DNA from: Desulfobacterales bacterium
GTDB lineage: Bacteria; Desulfobacterota; Desulfobacteria; Desulfobacterales; UBA5852
Length of the DNA stretch: 64,000 nucleotides
NCBI GenBank assembly: GCA_963674755.2
Contig: CAXXVS010000002.1
Location: 2,272,001 to 2,336,000, forward strand
Direction: 5' to 3'
Shown here piece after piece: positions 48,710 through 58,123 of this stretch (position 1 is the first letter of the stretch; every line of letters starts with the position of its first letter). Both the position numbers and the translations under genes were made by a program. The notes beneath the pieces are model-generated. The model ran no database searches. It had not been told where the DNA came from and saw nothing but the letters and a program-made list of their open reading frames with translations.

Positions 48710-48777
48710 AAATAACGCCCTGGCTTAAAGGTGAGGGCCGCGAAGTGGCCCTAATCCGATACAGCCTGATGTTATAT
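48710..48777 (-). repeat. attC site
   Basis: aaataac...agggccgcgaagtggccct...gttatat. Confidence 0.75.
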
Positions 48778-48791
48778 TATTCCGATTTATT

Positions 48792-49295
48792 TTATTTCGT
48801 TTTTAATTCTGGAACTCCTGCGTATTCCGCCCACAGATCCCTGCATAAAACCTGCACTTGACCTAGATGAACCGAAAATCGCCTGATAATTATCACCTCA
48901 TCAGGCATTATGAAAACCCAACTGCCATCCTTTCTTTCAATTTGACGAGTGAATACCGCGAATTTATTTTGATCTTTATATAGCGTTTCTACTTTATTCC
49001 TAAAATATCTTAGCAATTTATTAATATTATCATTTCCAATTATACCTATATCCTCCCCATAAAACACACCGCCCAAAAACATATAACTTACAATATTAGA
49101 TTCCACTTCACCAAACTTAGCAACTGAATCCCCTATTTTGTACCACTTCATATTTGATTCAACTTGTATGAATTCAAGACTTGCATTTTTAATTGTGGAA
49201 ATGTTTTGGCGGCATTTAAAGCGATTCAAATAGTTCGCTTGTGTAACTTGGGGAAGTAACAAGATTAGAAATATGGGAAGTATTTTTTTCATCAT
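48792..49295 (-). CDS. Cassette: hypothetical exported protein
   Basis: Signal peptide MKKILPIFLILLLPQVTQA. Confidence 0.8.
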   Translation of the reverse strand: MMKKILPIFLILLLPQVTQANYLNRFKCRQNISTIKNASLEFIQVESNMKWYKIGDSVAKFGEVESNIVSYMFLGGVFYGEDIGIIGNDNINKLLRYFRNKVETLYKDQNKFAVFTRQIERKDGSWVFIMPDEVIIIRRFSVHLGQVQVLCRDLWAEYAGVPELKTK

Positions 49296-49304
49296 TTGAA
49301 TATC

Positions 49305-50147
49305 TCGTGGTAGGAACGCCGGTCACCCGGCGCCCCCCACTCAGACCCGGACGTGCGGTTTTCTCCCGCCATCGGCGGGATTCTTCGGTTGGACTCGCTT
49401 CCGCGCGGATCTTCACAGTTGCCCGTTACAAGATCCAGTTGCTATTCCCCGCAGTGAGGTTGGCTCGTGTTATCCAGCCCTACATGTCCGGCACGAGTTT
49501 CCTTTGTGGGCTACGTCCTTCCGTCAGGTCCTTTCCCGTGCATGTGTCCATGACACATGCCTGTGGCTGGCTTTCCCAACCTCTGAGTACTATGCCTGAT
49601 AAGACACCCCAATGGCATATAGCCGCCTTGCGACGACCCACCTGGTTCAGGATCATGATTGCCAGGAGCGCAATGGGGCTTCCCGAGTTCTACAGCGCAT
49701 CTCTTCCTGCATGCCACGGCCTGATGACTCCGGCGGACCTCCACATCCTCGCCTGTAACGGATGCGTCTGTATTGCCTTCGGTGCACGTTAAAACCCTCG
49801 GCGTCCGCAATTGCTATTTCGAAGCTGTACCAGCTCTTCAGGGAGCGCGGTCTCCCCTACGGCCTACAGGATTCTCTGCCTACGCTTAGCCCATCTTGTT
49901 CGATACCTCTGCTCCATTGTTCGTTCAGTGGGGTGAGACCATCCGCGAATGCCACCGGTCTCCCGGGTCGCGGCTCGTTTCCAGCCAATACAGCGACTTC
50001 CAGCACTTACAATGATCAGAAAGCATCTCCGCCATGGACCCAAGGCTCGATACGGGTGGGGGGCTAACCCTTACAGAAAGCCGTTACCGACTCTCTCCCG
50101 GCAGGGACTTACACCCTGCAAGATGCGCCAAGCTTTGCTCGGCGCGA
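49305..50147 (-). mobile_element. ORF-less group II intron starting in an attC core
   Basis: Domain V/VI-like end GAAAACCGCACGTCCGGGTCTGAGTGGGGGGCGCCGGGTGACCGGCGTTCCTACCACGA; domain I-III-like motifs (GGGTGTAAGTCCC, GCCGAGGG...CCGAAGGC, GAACTCGGGAAGCCC, GGGAAAG); only a short ORF stub (PTSLRGIA). Confidence 0.88.
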
Positions 50148-50206
50148 TAACGGCGCTTTTCAGCGGGCGCGGCTTTTTGCGATCCGCTGCAAAAGCTTTG
50201 TTAGAA
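50145..50206 (-). repeat. attC site
   Basis: cgataac...cagcgggcgcggctttttgcgatccgctg...gttagaa. Confidence 0.85.
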
Positions 50207-51307
50207 TTTCTCAATATCTAAACGCCTTTGATTATGTTTAAGCATGGCTTTTAAATTTATCATTCCAATATTTCTCAACACTATCAATCAAAAAATTCTC
50301 TGTCGGAAGATTATAGCTACATATATTAGTTAGTTTGTCATTTTCTTTTTCGACCATAACATGGTCAGCCTCTGAATATTCTTCTTTGTGCTCTTTGTAT
50401 ACGGACAAAATCGATTTTCTAATATCGTCAAATATTGAATACTCAAATTCATCAGTAATAAGCTTATCAACATTCATGATTTCCGCAAGTATCATGTCTT
50501 TTTTGTCTTGGCTAAATGAATTCCAATAGGACGGTTTAACAAACCAATGGTCACTACTATGAATCATAACCGATTCAATAAAGCTTAAAATTGTAAGAGG
50601 AGTTTGGAAATAGAAATCGATAATATTTCGAAAAAAATTATTGTGTTCTTTACCTGCCGAACAAAAAACATATGTACAATTTTCTAATGGAATGATGTTT
50701 GTTATCATGAGCATTTTTTTATTGGTTATCTCATCGCCATATGCCAAAGAGGTATAGCCGCAAAGAGCTACTGGGAATTGGTAATCAATCCGAACTCCAT
50801 GGTTTATTGTTGTACTATTTCTATTTTGAGAATTGCCTAAATATTCATTAAGGATTCGTGATGAGTAATCTTTTAAATAAATTATACGCTTTTCAAAATC
50901 TTTTTTCATATATCGCAATTGAATCAGTATGACATCATTTGCTTTAATATTAAGGCAATCAATATCTTTTTTAATTCCTTGCCTTCTTAAGTTTGCTCTC
51001 AATATATTGAATGCTTGTTCTTTCATTATAGATTCATATGTTTCAATCATTACCTGCATTTTATCAACTTCAATATAAAGATGAACTATCTCTCTGCAAA
51101 TTGATCTGTATACCTGCAATGCAAGAAAAGATTCTTCATCCAACTTCAAATTTTCATATTGCTGAAAGATTTTTTCATGGGCTTCACAGTACCCCGGAAA
51201 GGTAGAGGCTTTGTTGACTCCTACCGCCTCCATTGACAATTTAAAGTTGCTTCCAAACACATCAAATACAGGTTGAAGGACATGCCCTTGATCAGTGTGC
51301 AACATCG

Positions 51308-52357
51308 CTAATTATGACACAATTCGGATGAAAAATCGGGTAACACTTTACCTGCTTTGCGGATCGTGATCATCTCGTTTTTAAGCAGCCATTGGGTGGC
51401 CGCTTCCCGCCAGGCGGCCGGCACGATCCAATCCTTACCAGCCCCCTGGGATATAGTGATGGCCAGATCTCTGATCCAGCGATAGACGTCCTGGCGCTTG
51501 CGCTTGGGATAGCGAAGCCGCTGCTCTCCAAAATAGACATAGCAGGCATTTCGTCCTTCAAGGCTGCGCCGGGAGCGGTGATTCAAATCATGGGCTGCGG
51601 TTTCCGCCAGCACGGCAGCGCCGCGGCAACTGTCCGCTTTCCAGCCCCAGTCACGAAGATAGCGTTTAAACTCGCCCTGGGTATGCTCGATGGCCCCATT
51701 GTAGGGCGCCGTATAGGCCGGACTGTTGATGGGAACCACCAGAGCCTCGGACAGAATATCGTCAACGGCGGCATGATTGAGATTACCGCCATTGTCGCGT
51801 TTACAAAACAACGGCGCCCCGAACTGAGAAAACAAGTGATCCAAATGCCCGGCGACTTCCTCACCGCAGGCAAGCTGTGTGGCCGCCAGGGGACGGAACT
51901 TGTAGCGGGAACATAAGTCACTCAGATTATGCAAATACAACCGGCGACCATCGACAATCTCCGTACACTGGCAGTCATCCATGGCCCAGGCCAGATTCGG
52001 CCGCAGCCAGGAGACCTGACAGGTCTGCGCCGAACGCTTGCGGTTCGCCTCCCGGCGGACATCAGCAATCATCCGTTCCAACTCCCGCCGGGAGATAGCA
52101 TCACCAAAAGCGCCCTTAAGACGTCCAGTCCCACGGCTGCGCCGGTGTCCGTGCTCGATGTCCCGGATCTGCGCTTTGAGTTCACCGAGATCAAGCGGAC
52201 AGACCTTCTTCGGTCCGGATTTCTCCACCGGTGCCTGCCCCCGGTCCAGCCGCCGCTTCCAGCGCATCAACGTGGCGTAGCCTATCCCCAGTTCCCGGAC
52301 GATGATGCGGATCGACACGCCATAGCGCTTTTTCATCGCCTCGATCATGATGACCAC
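51308..52357 (-). CDS. DDE-type integrase/transposase (rve-like)
   Basis: WAMDD, DLCSRYK, KRDNGGNL, PYNGAIE. Confidence 0.85.
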   Translation of the reverse strand: MVIMIEAMKKRYGVSIRIIVRELGIGYATLMRWKRRLDRGQAPVEKSGPKKVCPLDLGELKAQIRDIEHGHRRSRGTGRLKGAFGDAISRRELERMIADVRREANRKRSAQTCQVSWLRPNLAWAMDDCQCTEIVDGRRLYLHNLSDLCSRYKFRPLAATQLACGEEVAGHLDHLFSQFGAPLFCKRDNGGNLNHAAVDDILSEALVVPINSPAYTAPYNGAIEHTQGEFKRYLRDWGWKADSCRGAAVLAETAAHDLNHRSRRSLEGRNACYVYFGEQRLRYPKRKRQDVYRWIRDLAITISQGAGKDWIVPAAWREAATQWLLKNEMITIRKAGKVLPDFSSELCHN

Positions 52358-52370
52358 CTCTCGGATGCGC

Positions 52371-52718
52371 TCATTTTTTTTTCGCCCGGTCCAGGCCGGG
52401 ATCCAGCTTCAGCTCCGTCAGCACGTCCTTTAAGGCCATCTTGTGGCGCATCAGGGCGCTCTCCCGCTGGGCCTCGGCCAGCTGCTTTTCCAAGGCCTCC
52501 CGATGGCGGTCCACAGGCTTTTGCGGGCGGCCGGCAGGCTGATCCTCCAGGCTGCCCAAAAGGGCGCTTAGGCCCCGTTCCTCCCACTTGTAGTAGGTTT
52601 TCCTGGAGACGCCCAACTGGCGGGCCGCCTGGCTGGCACTCAGAAGACCGCAACGCACCTTCATGATCGCCTCGGCCCGCTGACGGGCCCTCTTTTGCGA
52701 TGGAGGACGCGCTTTCAT
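52371..52718 (-). CDS. HTH protein of the IS element
   Basis: SASQAARQLGVSRKTYYKWE plus coiled coil. Confidence 0.8.
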   Translation of the reverse strand: MKARPPSQKRARQRAEAIMKVRCGLLSASQAARQLGVSRKTYYKWEERGLSALLGSLEDQPAGRPQKPVDRHREALEKQLAEAQRESALMRHKMALKDVLTELKLDPGLDRAKKK

Positions 52719-52739
52719 TATCGCCTCCTGGTGAAGGAA

Positions 52740-53048
52740 CTAGGTGGCGCTGGCCTTCTGGATGCTGCGCAGGCGCTTCTCCAATTTCGCATTGGGGGCG
52801 GCCAGCTTCTTTTCGATCAGCCGTGTGAGCCGGTGATTGAGCGGCGGTAAGGGGGCTTTCGTCGTGGGATCCAGCGCTTTGAGCATGCCCTCGATGGCCA
52901 GGTTCTGCCACTGGCCGAGCAGCGCCGGGCTGATCTCCATCTCCTGGCAGACCTGGGCGCTCGTGCGACGCTCGCTCCAGATCGACAACACGGCCGTGAT
53001 TTTCTGTTGTGGATCGAATATCCTGCGGGGACGTTTGGCTGTCTTCAT
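52740..53048 (-). CDS. HTH (OrfA-like) protein of the IS element
   Basis: RRIFDPQQKITAVL...VCQEMEIS...QW. Confidence 0.75.
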   Translation of the reverse strand: MKTAKRPRRIFDPQQKITAVLSIWSERRTSAQVCQEMEISPALLGQWQNLAIEGMLKALDPTTKAPLPPLNHRLTRLIEKKLAAPNAKLEKRLRSIQKASAT

Positions 53049-53448
53049 CGTCTATACCCTTTCTCGCATCGTAGACAAGTTCTTTTTGGGGGCGCTGCTG
53101 CTCACCATCCACCAGCATGCGCACTTTGCCCTTTTCCGCCCGGATCACCACGGATTGATCTCCCATGCGGCCCACCATGTAAAACGGGTCCACCGGCCGG
53201 CCCCGCAGGGCCAGCTCGAGGGCGTTTTCCTCCACCCCCTGCGCCAGGGTGCGTTTTAGATCGTGGGCGATTTCAAAGAACCGATCGGCCGGGCAAAGCC
53301 CGCCGATGCCCTGATGCGGTCGTTTGTAATTGTAATACTTCACCCAGTACGCGCAGCGCTCCACGGCCTCGTCAAAGCTGGCAAACTGCGCGCGCATACG
53401 CGGCTTGGCCTTCCCCCCTCTATCCTTGGTCTTACCTCTCTTAACCAT
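53000..53448 (-). pseudogene. IS481-like transposase remnant (start fused to the C-terminal region; 3' limit approximate)
   Basis: MVKRGK... directly followed by F.SFDEA...WVKYYNYKRPHQGIGGLCPADRF; HTH and DDE core absent. Confidence 0.7.
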
Positions 53449-53539
53449 GGGACACACTCCTTTCATTTCAATTGATTCCTACACTCAGGAGTGTTACCCA
53501 ATTTCCCTATATCGGTTGTGTCATCATCTGGTGACTAGG

Positions 53540-53640
53540 ACAACCATGAAAAGACAAGCCTATGGCTACCGTGATCAGGAGTTCTTTAAACTTAAAATCA
53601 TGACCATTCACTTGGCCAGGTACGCATTAATCGGATGAAC
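53540..53640 (+). pseudogene. ISL3 transposase 3' remnant with terminal repeat
   Basis: TMKRQAYGYRDQEFFKLKI...YALIG* ending at GATGAACC. Confidence 0.8.
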
Positions 53641-53897
53641 CTGCAATTTGGATATATGCATGTTCTCTGTTTCCAATATTTTTTACTATATTTTTGGCTT
53701 ATTGATTTGAAAAGAGGGCTATAAGCTTTAAAGCTTTGTATTTCAAGTGATCGATTATCTATGAGCTCAATTAGATTTTCTAATTCAGCCTCAATGATAT
53801 TCTTGCCTTCCATATCAGTAGTACCTATTTGCTGATTCCCCAAAACTTATCATAGACGGAGATGTTTTTTCTGAGTTCACCCGAAACTTGAAGCGAT

Positions 53898-53965
53898 TTC
53901 TAACGGTGATGCTTACCGGCTGGACGGCATTTTATCGCCCAGTCGGGTAGAGCATTTTGTTAGAA
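53898..53965 (-). repeat. attC site
   Basis: ttctaac...gttagaa. Confidence 0.85.
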
Positions 53966-54431
53966 AATTTATTATCTTTTGCGGCAACCAATTAATGTTT
54001 TCCTGAGGTAACCAATTGATGTCTTCTAAACCCTGTAGCGCAAGTTTCGCTTCCTTTAGGGACTCCATATACATTAGTTTATCACGAGTGTCAGGATCTA
54101 CCTCCAACATATTACTATTATTTATAACTTTAAGAATTTTGTCTGAAACTTTTGGAGAAAAATAAACTGTTCTCTCAACCCAAGCCGAAATCACCTCTTC
54201 ACACACCTGTTTGAAATTTTCTTTTCTTGATACTGCATCTGCCAACTTAAAAAGTAGAACATGCATGACCTTGTAGGCTTCTATTCGTTCTTTAAAAATA
54301 AGATCCAAACGCTCTTGATATTTTTTCCATCTTACACTTTTAAGTTGGAATACTTGTATTATAACCTGACCAATTAAGGTTATTGAGCTTCCGATTATTA
54401 CTCCAAGTAGGACATCGTTCATATCAATCAC
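53913..54431 (-). CDS. Cassette: hypothetical protein with N-terminal membrane helix
   Basis: ORF between attC sites; reads into the attC; C-terminal INWLPQ duplication. Confidence 0.8.
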   Translation of the reverse strand: MIDMNDVLLGVIIGSSITLIGQVIIQVFQLKSVRWKKYQERLDLIFKERIEAYKVMHVLLFKLADAVSRKENFKQVCEEVISAWVERTVYFSPKVSDKILKVINNSNMLEVDPDTRDKLMYMESLKEAKLALQGLEDINWLPQENINWLPQKIINFLTKCSTRLGDKMPSSR

Positions 54432-54433
54432 CT

Positions 54434-54491
54434 TTCTAACGGCGGGGCTTTGTGGCGAGGGAACCGAGTCCGCAACAGCCCAAGGTTAGCC
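54434..54491 (-). repeat. attC site
   Basis: ttctaac...gggctttgtggcga...tccgcaacagccc...gttagcc. Confidence 0.85.
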
Positions 54492-54852
54492 TTTATTTGG
54501 TCGCTTTATAAAAAACTGCCGATAATGATAAATCCAAGAACTATAAAGTAAGACGATTATTATTGATCCAATATCAACCATCTTGAATCTAAGAGCTATA
54601 TCATTTTGATTATCCCAACCAGCACGGATTAAAATGTCATTATTTACCAACAGGATATTAAAAATAAAAGCGATAATAAAAAAAGCATTAAAATAGAGGA
54701 ATCCGTAGTATGACCATCGATGAATTTTAAAAATTCCGATCGCCAATACAATATTTATAAGAATTATTATAGATTGCAGGATATCATAATGCATGCCCTC
54801 GAATAGAAATCCAAATAGTATAAAACTACTATTGGCATTAAATAATTTAGGT

Positions 54853-56260
54853 CACTCTTGTCCAAAAACGGGATTATATGGAAGTAATCTAATGAGATCT
54901 TGAAAAAAAGCCCCCTTGTAAGGCATGGTTTAGCTGCGAAGAAAAACCTATAGCCAACAACAAGGAGGCAAATTGATGGTACGTCACGCAAGCCTGTTCA
55001 GTCAACTGGTTGGTCTGTTTAATCGAGGGCATTTTCATAACCTGGTCTTTCGGCATCAGGCGGAGCGGGTATGCAAAGGGTTTCACCAGCTGGGATCATT
55101 TCGTAGCCATGCTTTTTTGCCAACTTGCCCAAGCCAAGAGCCTTCGCGAAATTTGTGGCGGCTTATCCTGCTGCCTGGGCAAGCTGCGTCATCTGGGGGT
55201 GCAAAAATCCCCGAATAAATCCACGCTGTCCTATGCCAATGCCCATCGTCCCTGGCAATTGTACCGGGATCTCTTTTATCAGACCCTCAACGTCTGCAAA
55301 ATGGCCGGACCTGGCAAACACCGTTTCCGCTTTAAGAACAAGCTACTGTCGCTGGACAGCTCCACCATCTCATTGTGTCTGTCTTTGTTTCCCTGGGCTA
55401 AATTCCGTCGAACCAAAGGGGCCGTGAAACTCCACTTGCTGTTAGATCACGATGGCTATCTGCCCACCTTCGCCTACATCTCTAACGGAAAGAAGCACGA
55501 TGTGACCATCGCCCGCGGGGTACCGCTGGCTCCCCATTCGATTGTCGCCATGGACCGTGCCTACAATGACTATCGGCTCTTTGCCGAATGGACAGAAAAC
55601 CAGATTTACTTTGTCACCCGGCTCAAGGGCAATGCCGATTACAGGGTTGTCGAGGATCGCGGCGTACCTGCCAACCGTAATATCCTAAGCGATGAGCTCA
55701 TCGAGTTTAATGGCTATAAGGCACATAAACGCTGTCCCTATCCCCTGCGCAAAGTCGTTGTATGGGACAAGGAGCATGACCGGGAGCTCATCCTCTTAAC
55801 CAATCACCTGAAGTTTGGCGCTACGACCGTATCGGCCATTTACAAAGATCGCTGGCAGATCGAGCTCTTCTTCAAGGCGCTTAAACAAAATTTGAAAGTG
55901 AAAACCTTTGTCGGCACGACAGAAAATGCCCTCTTCATTCAGATTTGGACAGCACTGATTGCCATGCTTCTGATCAAGTATCTCAGTTTCAAGGCCAAAT
56001 TTGGCTGGTCGTTGTCGAACCTAGTGGCGTTTTTGCGTTGGAACCTGTTTACCTATAGGGATTTATGGGAATGGATCGACCACCCCTTCGATGTGCTGCC
56101 GATCATCCCCAAATCCGTCCAATATCTTCTTCCGTTCAAGGGACTTGGACAGCATCAATTGAAAACGGCAACCTGATTTTAACTTTAGGGCATTTATACG
56201 CCTAACTCCTTGATATCGTTACACCCGAAAGGGATTCTTAGTTTATTTTGGACAGCAGTG
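54853..56260 (+). mobile_element. IS4 family insertion sequence
   Basis: Inverted repeats CACTCTTGTCCAAAA / TTTTGGACAGCAGTG; 9-bp target duplication AATTTAGGT. Confidence 0.92.
54976..56176 (+). pseudogene. IS4 family transposase with a frameshift near 55066
   Basis: MVRHASLFSQL...HQAER continues in another frame as YAKGFTSWDHF; LDSSTI, MDRAY, YKDRWQIELFFK. Confidence 0.85.
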
Positions 56261-56362
56261 AATTTAGGTATTCCAATAATAGCGGCTAAGAATGTAAAGA
56301 CGCTTAATATTGTAAGCCCTTTTGGTCTGATAATATTGTCCATAACATCCGTTATGTTTGGA

Positions 56363-56490
56363 GGCTAACGCTCTACATGACCGGACGGGAAAACGATCAC
56401 GTCCTATGCAAAGGATACGTTTAATAATGATTGCTTAAAAGCTAATAATGGCATCGTTTTCCCGGTCCGATGTCCATGCAGTTGTTATGT
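56363..56490 (-). repeat. Long attC site
   Basis: ggctaac...ggacgggaaaacgat...atcgttttcccggtcc...gttatgt. Confidence 0.85.
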
Positions 56491-56736
56491 CTTATCTCGC
56501 TTATTGTTTCTTGATAGAAATCCATAACCAAAAAAACCTAAACCCAAAAAAAGCCCTACGAGGATCAAACTATAAAATTTATTATCTTTTCCAAATATAA
56601 TTAAAGCCAAGATAATTCCTACAATCCCGACGACTACAGCAAAGCCAGTTTGATTAGCTTCACGTTTATTTAGCTTTGCCCCTCTGAAGGGAACTATCTG
56701 GGCTTCATCCTTTTCGTTGTTTGAGCTTTTCTTCAT
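56485..56736 (-). CDS. Cassette: small membrane protein
   Basis: Two hydrophobic helices; stop codon lies in the inverse core. Confidence 0.8.
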   Translation of the reverse strand: MKKSSNNEKDEAQIVPFRGAKLNKREANQTGFAVVVGIVGIILALIIFGKDNKFYSLILVGLFLGLGFFGYGFLSRNNKRDKT

Positions 56737-56760
56737 AATTTATTCAATTTTATCTCAGAG

Positions 56761-56833
56761 ACATAACGTTCTTCTCACCTGGCCGGTGTGGAGCGGCAGC
56801 GTAACACCGGTCAGGTGAAGAAATTGGTTAAAA
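56761..56833 (-). repeat. attC site
   Basis: acataac...cacctggccggtgt...acaccggtcaggtg...gttaaaa. Confidence 0.88.
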
Positions 56834-57160
56834 GCTATTTTTATTTTGTTTTCCAAAAGTCATCAACAGTATGCCAGCAACCAAAAGGTTTAATCCAATT
56901 AAATGAACAATAAGGGCAAACGACATAGTTGAATGAACCCAGTCCAGTAATCTGTGCTGAGTTTCAGATACAAAATTTTGCCAGGGAATTATTTTATTAT
57001 ACATTGAACCGATTGCTGCGAGGAATGCACCTCCACCAAAAAGCATCCCACTTTTTGTCCGAAATTTATAGTAATAGAATACTCCGGATATTGCTAAAGC
57101 CGGTAATGTAATGAAACTGTAAAAGGAACCTAATATTTTCAATAACAACTGATTATCCAT
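56828..57160 (-). CDS. Cassette: membrane protein
   Basis: Three hydrophobic segments; stop codon in the inverse core. Confidence 0.8.
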   Translation of the reverse strand: MDNQLLLKILGSFYSFITLPALAISGVFYYYKFRTKSGMLFGGGAFLAAIGSMYNKIIPWQNFVSETQHRLLDWVHSTMSFALIVHLIGLNLLVAGILLMTFGKQNKNSF

Positions 57161-57175
57161 AACTCTCTATTAGAC

Positions 57176-57238
57176 TTTTAACGTCCGAGCTGAGACGCGC
57201 GAGGTTTCGCGCGTCGGTTCTCAAGCGACAGGTTAGAT
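57176..57238 (-). repeat. attC site
   Basis: ttttaac...gacgcgcgaggtttcgcgcgtc...gttagat. Confidence 0.88.
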
Positions 57239-57691
57239 CATTCTTCTTTTAATTAGTCCGGAATAGCTCTTCACTATAAAAATTATGCTGAAGACGAAAA
57301 CTAAAGGTGCGACAATATCCTTGTGAATTATTGGGACAGGAGATTGAATTAGCAGATCTTTATATATTATTTTAATCCAATCCAAGACACCGCCTTTATG
57401 TGAAAATGCAGCAAATAGTCGGCCTGCAACCATGTAAGTTGAAATGGCGATTGTAATATGGCGTCCGGCTTTTTTCCCTTTTAGCAAAAGGTATCCACCC
57501 AATACCCCGACGACAATCATCAGGTAAGCTTTCGCAATGCTGAGATGGACAGCGTTTTGAACCGATGGGTCCGTGGGTATTGGATAATTCGTAAAAGGCG
57601 GCACATATTTGAGATACATCAACCAAACACAAATTGATAATATGCCTATTGTATATTCGATCCGGCTATTGTTCATATCATAAGGTTTCAT
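57233..57691 (-). CDS. Cassette: membrane protein
   Basis: Four hydrophobic segments; core GTTAGAT at 57702-57708 matches its inverse core. Confidence 0.8.
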   Translation of the reverse strand: MKPYDMNNSRIEYTIGILSICVWLMYLKYVPPFTNYPIPTDPSVQNAVHLSIAKAYLMIVVGVLGGYLLLKGKKAGRHITIAISTYMVAGRLFAAFSHKGGVLDWIKIIYKDLLIQSPVPIIHKDIVAPLVFVFSIIFIVKSYSGLIKRRMI

Positions 57692-57708
57692 TTGGTAGAC
57701 GATCTAAC

Positions 57709-58054
57709 GTTCGCTTCAGCCCGTCGAGTGTCATATTGGAAAGGGTCGGGCTGATTATCCCGCCCTGAGGCGCTCCTTTACGAGAAGGATATAAGATGCC
57801 GTTTTCAACATATCCTGCCGTGAGCCACTTGCTAAGAACAACTTTATCCATTACGATGTTTTCGAGCATCCACTCTGATGAAATGTTATCGAAACACCCG
57901 GCGATAGGCCCGTGCTCACTGACGGCGCGTAAAGTCCTTTGCCTACTCTCGCCATATTGCCCCACGGGCGCAACACTCGATACGGGTGGGCGGCTAGCCC
58001 TTACCCGACAGGGACTTACACCCTGCAAGATGCACCAAGCTTCGCTTGGCGCGC
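57709..58054 (-). pseudogene. Group II intron 5' end fused to an internal reverse transcriptase/maturase fragment
   Basis: 5' end homologous to 49305-50147; GCFDNISSEW...KWLTAGY...PQGGIISPTLSNMTLDGL. Confidence 0.88.
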
Positions 58055-58122
58055 TAACGGTTGAGCTGTGGGGCGGTAGATGCGTCAGCATTTATCCGTC
58101 CCACACAAGTGATTTGTTAGCC
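58052..58122 (-). repeat. attC site
   Basis: cgctaac...tgtggggcggtagatgc...gcatttatccgtcccaca...gttagcc. Confidence 0.85.
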
Positions 58123-58123
58123 A

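Larger units (their letters stand above)
51304..53533 (-). mobile_element. Multi-ORF DDE (IS481/IS3-like) element, partly deleted
   Basis: GC-rich block with imperfect inverted ends ATGACACAA...AAATYGGGTAACACT. Confidence 0.75.
50238..53813 (-). pseudogene. Cassette gene interrupted by IS elements (N-terminus 53641-53813, C-terminus 50238-51305)
   Basis: Both AT-rich parts lie between the same pair of attC sites; CIYPNC ... GHV...GVNKASTFPGYCEAH reads as one Cys/His-motif protein. Confidence 0.75.
54486..56343 (-). pseudogene. Cassette membrane-protein gene interrupted by IS4
   Basis: Removing the IS and one target duplication restores MDNIIRPKGLTILS...GIPKLFNANSSF...EGMHYDIL... Confidence 0.88.

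Noticed and set aside
49307..50221. ORFs predicted inside the intron
   Set aside because: Spurious frames over structured ribozyme sequence.
52345..53466. 373-aa ORF as one functional protein
   Set aside because: Only the first ~150 aa resemble a deleted transposase; the rest overlaps two better ORFs out of frame.
585..58054. Diversity-generating retroelement (Avd-like gene plus RT fragment)
   Set aside because: The two are 57 kb apart, the RT is a short group II fragment, and no TR/VR pair was seen.
57678..58091. 137-aa ORF as a functional reverse transcriptase
   Set aside because: It starts inside an attC, runs through intron RNA and lacks the YADD catalytic region.
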